From positions 1 to 40,925 of IMG/VR virus record IMGVR_UViG_2671180437_000016: DNA of 40,925 bases. The stretch is one strand, 5' to 3'. Positions 34,662-40,925 of the stretch are shown one piece after another. Under the pieces are notes generated by a model. The model made no database searches, was not told where the DNA came from, and was given only the letters and a program-made list of their open reading frames with translations. The translations under genes and the position numbers were made by a program. This DNA comes from a virus. Taxonomy: Duplodnaviria > Heunggongvirae > Uroviricota > Caudoviricetes. Positions within the stretch are counted from its first letter, which is position 1; every line of letters starts with the position of its first letter.

Positions 34662-35390
34662 ATGGAAGTTTTCTGGATAGTTGTTGGTGTGGTTGCGGTG
34701 ATTATTTACGTTATCAACCAGAACAAGACTAAGATCTCTGATCGTACGGTCGTTAATCATAACAAAACGATAAAGACCGAAGATGGGGAGATAACGATTA
34801 ATCGTACACAGGTTATAGAACACACCTCTACTCAGTTTCAAAAAACTGGAGGTAATGCGCCTAATATTTCCGCACCTCCTGCTTATGATAGTGCGGTAAT
34901 CCAGACATATTATAAACAGCAGGAGTTAGCAAAAGAGAGGCAACTGATTCAGCCAAAGCCGTTTACAGCTGAGCTTCCACCTGGAGTGTCAACGCGTCCG
35001 GCATATCATGGAAGATTCCCTGGTGATGACATATCGTCTCAGTCATCTAAAAAAGCACCTCAGGCAGTATCAGAGCCAGCAAGAATACCTTCTGTATCGC
35101 CGCCAAAAGAAGAATCAGCTAACAGAGTTTCAAGTGGTAGCAAGCAGTGCTTGCGATGCAGAATAAACCTACCATATGAAAAATTCAGGAAATCGTCAAA
35201 AAATCCAGATGGATTGACTAAGTGGTGTGCAAGGTGTCTCGATGGCCCAAAGAATACACGCCATATGAAGTGGTGCCCAATTTGTAATGTCCGCAGAAAA
35301 CGAACAAGCTTTTACCCTAATAATCAAAATGCGGATGGCTTAATGGCATGGTGCAAAACGTGCTGGGACGAGCACAAAGCGAAACGATAG
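34662..35390 (+). CDS. Membrane-anchored protein with four C-terminal CxxC motifs (zinc-ribbon-like), unknown function
   Basis: 242 aa; N-terminal TM helix 'VFWIVVGVVAVIIYVI'; C-terminal 'CLRC','WCARC','WCPIC','WCKTC' with internal repeat 'DGL(T/M)(K/A)WC'; SD GAGGAA. Confidence 0.6.
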   Translation: MEVFWIVVGVVAVIIYVINQNKTKISDRTVVNHNKTIKTEDGEITINRTQVIEHTSTQFQKTGGNAPNISAPPAYDSAVIQTYYKQQELAKERQLIQPKPFTAELPPGVSTRPAYHGRFPGDDISSQSSKKAPQAVSEPARIPSVSPPKEESANRVSSGSKQCLRCRINLPYEKFRKSSKNPDGLTKWCARCLDGPKNTRHMKWCPICNVRRKRTSFYPNNQNADGLMAWCKTCWDEHKAKR

Positions 35391-35414
35391 GCCGCTCTTG
35401 CGGCCTTTAAATTT
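35390..35414. terminator. Bidirectional terminator between convergent genes
   Basis: Stem GGCCGC/GCGGCC, loop TCTT, followed by TTTAAATTT. Confidence 0.5.
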
Positions 35415-35670
35415 ACCGGGTTTGTTTTCGTAATTGTTCGGCACAATAGTCGAGATGTGTTTGCAGATCCTGCATAGACATCTGTGAGCTGGTGACATAG
35501 TTAATCAGTGCAGTCAGTTCGGCAAGTGGGCCATCGACATTAAATCCATCCTTATCGAGATCCCGGAGTAATTTCATCAAGTGCGATCCCTCCACCAGTG
35601 ACCTGACGCCTCCCGGCGTGTGAATCCTTTCGGTAAATCCGTCTTCCAGTGGATAGTGATACTGCTGCAT
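35413..35670 (-). CDS. Small antirepressor-like protein under a LexA box (candidate SOS-induced antirepressor)
   Basis: 85 aa from ATG 35670 (SD GGAGAAG; track ORF uses TTG at 35688); 'RIHTPGGVRSLVEGSHLMKLLRDLDKDGFNVDGPLAELTALINYV...DLQTH' aligns with C-terminus of 33581..34267 product; LexA box 20 nt upstream. Confidence 0.6.
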   Translation of the reverse strand: MQQYHYPLEDGFTERIHTPGGVRSLVEGSHLMKLLRDLDKDGFNVDGPLAELTALINYVTSSQMSMQDLQTHLDYCAEQLRKQTR

Positions 35671-35689
35671 CTTATCTTCTCCATGCAAT

Positions 35690-35709
35690 AACTGTATATT
35701 TATACAGTA
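35690..35709. promoter_or_regulatory. LexA (SOS) box AACTGTATATTTATACAGTA
   Basis: CTGT-N8-ACAG with AT-rich spacer, 18/20 match to E. coli consensus TACTGTATATATATACAGTA; only such site found in the window. Confidence 0.75.
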
Positions 35710-35744
35710 TCAAATAATTTGTTTGCTATCCAGCACGTTTTGCA

Positions 35745-35759
35745 AATTACCCGAAAGGT
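35745..35759. promoter_or_regulatory. Operator-like palindrome TTACC-CGAAA-GGTAA upstream of tail fibre gene
   Basis: Perfect site; followed at 35793 by CATATGTGGTTTTT motif. Confidence 0.55.
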
Positions 35760-35865
35760 AATATCTATTCGTATTCACAGTCTTTCTATCCATATGTGGT
35801 TTTTCAGGTAATAAAATAACCAGATATGCGGCGCAACGGGTGCTGCGACTATCTGGAGATTTAAC

Positions 35866-37626
35866 ATGACGGTCTCAACCGAAGTTGACCACAACGAATA
35901 CACCGGTAACGGTGTTACAACGACATTCCCTTATACCTTCAGGATTTTCCAGAAATCTGATTTAGTAGTGCAGGTTGTTGACCTGAACGAGAACATCACA
36001 GAGCTGATTCTTGATACTGATTACATAGTCACTGGTGCGGGAGGGTATAACGGCGGCAATGTAATTCTGTCGAAGGCGTTGGTTAACGGTTATCAGATTT
36101 CTATATCAAGAGAGCTACCGGTTACGCAGGATACCGATCTGCGCAACCAGGGTAAGTTCTTCGCTGAGGTGCATGAGGACGCGTTTGATAAGCTAACGAT
36201 GCTGATCCAGCAGGTTCGCAGTTGGTTTGCCTTGGCGCTGCGCAAGCCATCAACCATCGCTAACTGGTACGACGCGCTGGGGAATTACATTCGCAACCTG
36301 CGCGACCCACGAGACCCGCAGGATGCTGCCACTAAAAATTATGTAGACACGATTAGTAACAACAACTATCTACACACGTTAAGGGTTCCAGAATCATTTA
36401 CGCGGCAACTCCCTCCTGCTGCAGAACGTGCAAATATGATCCATGCATATGATTATGCAGGTGAGTCCATTATGGTCTTGCCTGAGAGCGGTAGTGCAGC
36501 AGATGTTCTGTTATTGCTGGCGCAACCTGACGGGCTTAAGAGGATTGGCACAAAAGTTAATTACGGTATACCGGTTGGATCTACTTTAACCGATGGCGTC
36601 ACTTTTTCTTTTGATAAGGATAAAGGTTGGCTGAGAATTGGTGGTGCCGATCTCCTACCACTTGACGATGAAAAGAACTTCTGGAGAGGCTTGCCTACAC
36701 CGAGAAATTCATGGTGTAACCCGGCTCTTATCGGTGATTACTCAGTATCTTTTAACAGAAACGGTGCGTCATTCGCGGTATACACCACAACTTTCGGGCA
36801 TGACTGCGTTACGTATGGCGTGGCATCTATTGCCGGTGGTGCTGGTTCTGCTACTGGCGACCCAGATCAAATTACCTCACCAAATGCTGAAGGGTACTGC
36901 TCTTTTGCATTTGGGAAAAATGTCATTGCTCTTGGCGCAAAATCTGCCGCATTCTGTGAAGAAACGGAAGCGCTTTCAAGGGCGGCTTTTACAACAGGTT
37001 ATTTTACGCAAGCCAGACCGGGATACACTACAGACCCCGGCGGGGTTGCAAGTGATGGCATTGGTGCGGCAGCCATTGGATATCGAACTCGCGCGGCAGG
37101 AGATGGCTCTTTTGCTGTAGGTAAGAATATTCAGGCTTATGGTGGTTCGATTGCGATAGGGAGCGGCACTAATGACGATAAGCCAGCAATCAATCCACAT
37201 AAAGACTCAGTGATGCTTTTTGCAGAATCGCTTATTCCAGGTATTGCCGTCGTCCCTGGTGGTGGTTCGCTGACGCGTGTAGGGGTGCACACAAAATATC
37301 CTAAAGAAATTTTGGAAGTAGTTTTAGAGGATGGGGGTCGCGCAGCTATCAGAATACCAGGGGTAGGAACTGGAAGGATCTTGCTACAAGGGACAGATCA
37401 CAACGGCAATGCACTTTCTATTGCGTCGCTTGAATGGATAAGCGGAAACGAAGGTAGTGCTGTTGGTTCGTTGAAAATAAACATGAACAACGACGCACCA
37501 TGCATTGAATTTCTGGAAGATGGCAAGGTGGTTTTGAAGAACGTAAAAACGCTTGAGGAGATAAACGGCGCCACCGCGGGCACCATCTATAAGGATGCTT
37601 CAAATTTCCTTAAAATTGTTGTTTAA
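35866..37626 (+). CDS. Tail fibre / tailspike protein
   Basis: 586 aa; N-terminal 'EYTGNGVTTTFPYTF' is typical of podovirus tail-fibre particle-binding domains; Gly-rich C-terminal region. Confidence 0.75.
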   Translation: MTVSTEVDHNEYTGNGVTTTFPYTFRIFQKSDLVVQVVDLNENITELILDTDYIVTGAGGYNGGNVILSKALVNGYQISISRELPVTQDTDLRNQGKFFAEVHEDAFDKLTMLIQQVRSWFALALRKPSTIANWYDALGNYIRNLRDPRDPQDAATKNYVDTISNNNYLHTLRVPESFTRQLPPAAERANMIHAYDYAGESIMVLPESGSAADVLLLLAQPDGLKRIGTKVNYGIPVGSTLTDGVTFSFDKDKGWLRIGGADLLPLDDEKNFWRGLPTPRNSWCNPALIGDYSVSFNRNGASFAVYTTTFGHDCVTYGVASIAGGAGSATGDPDQITSPNAEGYCSFAFGKNVIALGAKSAAFCEETEALSRAAFTTGYFTQARPGYTTDPGGVASDGIGAAAIGYRTRAAGDGSFAVGKNIQAYGGSIAIGSGTNDDKPAINPHKDSVMLFAESLIPGIAVVPGGGSLTRVGVHTKYPKEILEVVLEDGGRAAIRIPGVGTGRILLQGTDHNGNALSIASLEWISGNEGSAVGSLKINMNNDAPCIEFLEDGKVVLKNVKTLEEINGATAGTIYKDASNFLKIVV

Positions 37627-37727
37627 GAGAAGTCATCGCCAAGGAATGCAGCGAGAAAACGCAAATATTGTATGTTGGCTATCATGCCCTAACTCTAATT
37701 TTAAATGACACAAGGATATTTATGATA

Positions 37728-37742
37728 TCACCTTTAAGGTAA
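37728..37742. promoter_or_regulatory. Operator-like palindrome TCACC-TTTAA-GGTAA upstream of lysis cassette
   Basis: One-mismatch family member; followed at 37776 by ACATATGGTTTATT motif. Confidence 0.5.
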
Positions 37743-37847
37743 TTTCGTTAAGAATTATCAGATCAAGTTTAATCCACATATGGTTTATTGTGTATGATGA
37801 ACTAACCAACTAAGGGGATTCTTTATGCACATTAAACGGTGTTTTTT

Positions 37848-38252
37848 ATGTCAGTTCAGCTAACCAGTGAGTCTTTAAATCAGTGGCTTAGTGCGAGTTC
37901 TCTTGCTGCGGTGATAGCAGGGGTTCCTCCAGAGGTGGCTTTGGGAGCTTTGGCTGGGGCGGTAATTTTTGTTACCTCAGCCATCGAGTATCCCATTCAT
38001 CGCCGGGTTCTCCTGTCTATGCTCAGCTTCCTCTGCGGCCTTCTCTTTTACAAACCTACAGCATCCATCCTTATCGGTGTAGCCAGCCTGATCCCTACCA
38101 TCACGCAGGACTCTTTCGAGAAAGGGATCGTCTTCTCTGCTGGCGCATTTGTGTCGTCAATTGTCGCTGTGCGAATTGGTATATGGCTTTATCACCGTTC
38201 CGATAATCCACGCGAGTTAATTCCGGGGAGAAAAGACGATGGTAACGCATGA
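37848..38252 (+). CDS. Holin-like membrane protein (about 4 predicted TM segments)
   Basis: Hydrophobic 134-aa protein at head of lysis cassette; start ambiguous (GTG 37839 or ATG 37848); preceded by 12-codon uORF with strong SD. Confidence 0.5.
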   Translation: MSVQLTSESLNQWLSASSLAAVIAGVPPEVALGALAGAVIFVTSAIEYPIHRRVLLSMLSFLCGLLFYKPTASILIGVASLIPTITQDSFEKGIVFSAGAFVSSIVAVRIGIWLYHRSDNPRELIPGRKDDGNA

Positions 38253-38547
38253 GTTTTTTTTGCTTATCACCAATGCAGTTATTTGCACTGGCATAGCAAT
38301 TCGCGTTGTCACATTCCGGCGTAACGGCTCTCAACACCGAAGGTGGGGAGGATGGCTTGCTTATTTCCTGATTGTTGCTGCGGCCAGTATTCCTGTTCGT
38401 GTCGCCTATGCAATCTGGTTACGTACGCCAATGGCTGTGGATTTATCTGAGGTCATTATCAACGCTGTCATGCTAGCTGCGGTTATTAAAACGCGCGGTA
38501 ACGTCGTGCAGATTTTTAAAATAACGAGGTCTAAACATGGAGATTAA
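38239..38547 (+). CDS. Second small membrane protein (holin/antiholin-like)
   Basis: 102 aa, about 3 hydrophobic segments, overlaps neighbours on both sides; immediately upstream of endolysin. Confidence 0.5.
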   Translation: MVTHEFFLLITNAVICTGIAIRVVTFRRNGSQHRRWGGWLAYFLIVAAASIPVRVAYAIWLRTPMAVDLSEVIINAVMLAAVIKTRGNVVQIFKITRSKHGD

Positions 38548-39166
38548 ACAATTCCAGCGAGCTGCTGGTATTAGCGAGGCGCTGGCCGCACGCTGGTTCT
38601 CGCATATAACTTCTGCGATGAAAGAGTTTGGTATCAGCAAAGCTGAAGATCAGGCAATGTTTATTGCTCAGGTCGGGCATGAGTCTGGTGGATTCACCCG
38701 GTTGCAGGAAAATTTCAACTACAGCGTCACCGGACTGGCTAACTTCGTTCGGGCTGGGCGTCTCACTCAGGGACAGGCTAATGCACTTGGTCGCCGTGCT
38801 GGTGAACCACCATTGCCACTCGAGCGCCAGAGAGCGATCGCCAATCTGGTGTACAGCAAACGCATGGGGAACAATGCCTCTGGTGATGGCTGGAATTACC
38901 GTGGCCGCGGACTTATCCAGATTACCGGTTTGAATAACTATCGTGATTGCGGAAACGGCCTGAAAGTGGACCTGCTGGAGAATCCTGAACTGTTGGCGCA
39001 GGACGAATACGCGGCTCGTAGCGCGGCGTGGTTCTTCTCCAGCAAAGGTTGCATGAAGTATACCGGCGATATTGCACGTGTAACTCTGATTATCAATGGT
39101 GGCAGGAACGGCATCGACGACCGGCGCGCTCGGTACATCACTGCCAGTAAGGCGCTGGCGGTATGA
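38537..39166 (+). CDS. Endolysin, glycoside hydrolase family 19-like (chitinase-class lysozyme)
   Basis: 209 aa; '[12 protein letters not shown]' and '[17 protein letters not shown]' resemble GH19 catalytic motifs; between holin-like and spanin genes. Confidence 0.8.
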   Translation: MEIKQFQRAAGISEALAARWFSHITSAMKEFGISKAEDQAMFIAQVGHESGGFTRLQENFNYSVTGLANFVRAGRLTQGQANALGRRAGEPPLPLERQRAIANLVYSKRMGNNASGDGWNYRGRGLIQITGLNNYRDCGNGLKVDLLENPELLAQDEYAARSAAWFFSSKGCMKYTGDIARVTLIINGGRNGIDDRRARYITASKALAV

Positions 39167-39660
39167 TCTGGGCATTCGTAAAAGCATACTGGAAACAGTT
39201 GGTTATCATGGCGATGCTTGCTGTTCTGGTCATATCAGGAGTTGTAGCCTGGAATGCACACGGCAGTCGTCAGTACGACGCCGGGTATGCGCAGGCACAG
39301 GAAGATCAGAAACAGGCTAATGATAAGGCTAGGTCACAACGTGATCAGGAGAAAACACAAATTGAACGTGAAGCACAATCCCGTATCGATGTGGCGCGTG
39401 TTGATGCTGAGCATGCTAATGCCGCTGCTGACAGCCTGCGCGCCGAGCTTGACAAAACCAAGCGACTCGCCGAACACTATACCGGATCTTTCCCCACTGG
39501 CACGCCAGCCAGCAAGGTCATCGGTGTGCTCGCCGACATGCTTGAAGAAAGCAATCGAGTTTACAACGCAACAGCAGCTGAGGCTGAAAAGTATCGGATT
39601 GCAGGAGAATCCTGCGAACAGCAATACGATTCACTGAAGAAGCAAAAATCGTGGTACTGA
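39163..39660 (+). CDS. i-spanin (Rz-like)
   Basis: 165 aa; N-terminal TM '[18 protein letters not shown]' then coiled-coil; ATGA overlap with endolysin stop. Confidence 0.7.
   Translation: MIWAFVKAYWKQLVIMAMLAVLVISGVVAWNAHGSRQYDAGYAQAQEDQKQANDKARSQRDQEKTQIEREAQSRIDVARVDAEHANAAADSLRAELDKTKRLAEHYTGSFPTGTPASKVIGVLADMLEESNRVYNATAAEAEKYRIAGESCEQQYDSLKKQKSWY
39389..39637 (+). CDS. o-spanin (Rz1-like lipoprotein) embedded in +1 frame of i-spanin
   Basis: Nested ORF with signal peptide and lipobox 'LLTAC', Pro-rich mature region; start codon uncertain (39389/39404/39413). Confidence 0.5.
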   Translation: MWRVLMLSMLMPLLTACAPSLTKPSDSPNTIPDLSPLARQPARSSVCSPTCLKKAIEFTTQQQLRLKSIGLQENPANSNTIH

Positions 39661-39784
39661 TTTTCGGTGACGGTATATAAAACGGTACGGTGAAAATCAG
39701 GTTGCAGAAAGTTGTTATCAGTCAATTGGTTATGCGTGTCGTAAATAATTGAGTGGGAATGATTTGACCCTGCACTATGAATGA

Positions 39785-39816
39785 ACAAAACCCTCTGTTA
39801 CTACAGAGGGTTTTTT
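39785..39816. terminator. Bidirectional rho-independent terminator after lysis cassette
   Basis: Stem CCCTCTG/CAGAGGG, loop TTACTA, A-run upstream and TTTTTT downstream. Confidence 0.65.
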
Positions 39817-39854
39817 ATCTTCAAGAATTATAGGATTGAAGTTACTAACATCGA

Positions 39855-40394
39855 TTAATTAAACCAGCTGTCCGATTTGTTCTCTTCTGCTTTGCCCACG
39901 CTTTTCATCAGATCGCGACCGCCTTCAGTCATATTTCTGTTGGCGTCAGCTTCAGATTGCACCACATCGGTTTGCGCAGCTTTGTGCTTCAGTTCCTGAT
40001 CGATAAATTCGTTTTCTCGCTTAACGCGGGCTTCTTCTTTTGCCAGCGCCAGTTTTTGTTTCTGAATCTCTAAGCTGCGTAGCTCATCTTCATAACTTTG
40101 ATCGCGTTTTTTGTCCGCAGAGGCTTCGGCGTCCAGTTTATCCTGACGAGCTTTCTTATTTGCCGCTGCCGTTGCCGCTCTTTTGTTAGCGGCGGCCTGG
40201 GCATTTGCGCGACGTTGCTTCTCTTGCTGGATTTCCCTGTTGCGCTCCGCGACCCATTCGTCATGCTGCCTTTGCTCTTCATTTTTACCTTGCTGTTCCG
40301 CTTCTGCGACAGCAGAGAGTTGATCCTGCAATGATGAGGCGATAGCCGGATAGCTTAAGGAGGCTAAGATGGCGCAAAGAAAAACTTTCTTCAT
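39855..40394 (-). CDS. Secreted coiled-coil protein of unknown function
   Basis: 179 aa; signal peptide 'MKKVFLCAILASLSYPAIASS'; Lys/Glu/Ala/Gln-rich coiled-coil body. Confidence 0.6.
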   Translation of the reverse strand: MKKVFLCAILASLSYPAIASSLQDQLSAVAEAEQQGKNEEQRQHDEWVAERNREIQQEKQRRANAQAAANKRAATAAANKKARQDKLDAEASADKKRDQSYEDELRSLEIQKQKLALAKEEARVKRENEFIDQELKHKAAQTDVVQSEADANRNMTEGGRDLMKSVGKAEENKSDSWFN

Positions 40395-40409
40395 GACTCC
40401 TCCTGATTA

Positions 40410-40925
40410 TTAGCTCTTTTCAGGACATTTGGTATTTGGCTGAATACGCGTTTCGTTATACGTCGTGGTAATAACAACGGCTAAACCTGTCGTAAACTGG
40501 CACTCTTTACCCACCTGGGTAGAGGTATACACTTTGGTGCCTTCCTTATAGGTTAAAGAAACACCTTCCACTAAGGTTTTATCATTCACCATAGAACCCG
40601 CTGCCGCGCCTACAGCTCCGCCGCCAACTGCACCTGCCGTCGTTCCGGAATTGCTGCCAGACCCGACGTTGTGGCCGATAACACCGCCAGCGACTGCGCC
40701 AATAAGCGCGCCGAAGGCTTGTGCGTTCCGTTTATTTTGGGAGTTGTCTACGGCAACTTTTGCGGGAAGAATGGAAATAATATTAACGGTTTTAGTTTCT
40801 TGTTTGGTATTCAGTTGATCGGTTTGATAAACATCGGCAGCATGATCGTCAGCATTTGACTGGCATCCTGCCAGAGTGAATGACGCTAACATTGCCACAG
40901 GCAGAAGACATTTTTTAAATTTCAT
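40410..40925 (-). CDS. Glycine-zipper outer-membrane lipoprotein (SlyB/YcfJ-like)
   Basis: 171 aa; lipobox 'LAGC'; 'GALIGAVAGGVIGHNVGSG' glycine-zipper motif resembling YcfJ/SlyB family; ATG at window end 40925. Confidence 0.6.
   Translation of the reverse strand: MKFKKCLLPVAMLASFTLAGCQSNADDHAADVYQTDQLNTKQETKTVNIISILPAKVAVDNSQNKRNAQAFGALIGAVAGGVIGHNVGSGSNSGTTAGAVGGGAVGAAAGSMVNDKTLVEGVSLTYKEGTKVYTSTQVGKECQFTTGLAVVITTTYNETRIQPNTKCPEKS

Noticed and set aside
39791-39810. Possible LexA box CTGTTACTACAG
   Set aside because: The spacing between CTGT and ACAG is 4 bp rather than 8, and the sequence forms the stem-loop of a terminator.
1-40925. CRISPR array, transposase/IS element, or retron
   Set aside because: No regularly spaced short direct repeats with unique spacers, no transposase-like ORF with terminal inverted repeats, and no reverse-transcriptase-like ORF were seen; the only repeat arrays are the iterons and operator sites.

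Overview
This window is best read as one near-complete integrated temperate phage with lambdoid regulatory logic and a T7-/epsilon15-like podovirus virion module (inference from gene order and recognisable motifs; no database search was possible). Left to right: a P4-type tyrosine integrase (1-1251, starts at the window edge), a minus-strand early-left operon (small ORFs, YqaJ-type exonuclease, RecT, AlpA/Xis-like, orphan N6-adenine methyltransferase), an immunity region (two-HTH repressor with no visible autocleavage domain, divergent Cro-like gene), replication genes (O-like initiator with internal iterons, P-like loader), a nin-like block (DUF1064, Ea22-like, DUF551), terminase small/large, a minus-strand moron plus tRNA-Arg(UCU), then portal, scaffold, capsid, tail tubular A/B-like, five internal virion/ejection proteins, a cargo island, tail fibre, and a lysis cassette (two membrane proteins, GH19-type endolysin, nested spanins). 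Two secreted/lipoprotein genes follow at the right edge; attL/attR could not be located. The most interesting signals are regulatory: (1) about 15 copies of a palindrome TTACC-N5-GGTAA, all intergenic, at the immunity region and in front of most accessory and several late transcription units; (2) a near-consensus LexA box in front of a small gene homologous to the C-terminus of a Bro-N antirepressor, implying SOS-antirepressor induction; (3) a 14-bp near-palindrome TGTGAC(A/G)TGTCACG in three copies at module borders; (4) several uncharacterised cargo genes that are candidate superinfection-exclusion or defence functions. No CRISPR array or transposase was seen.
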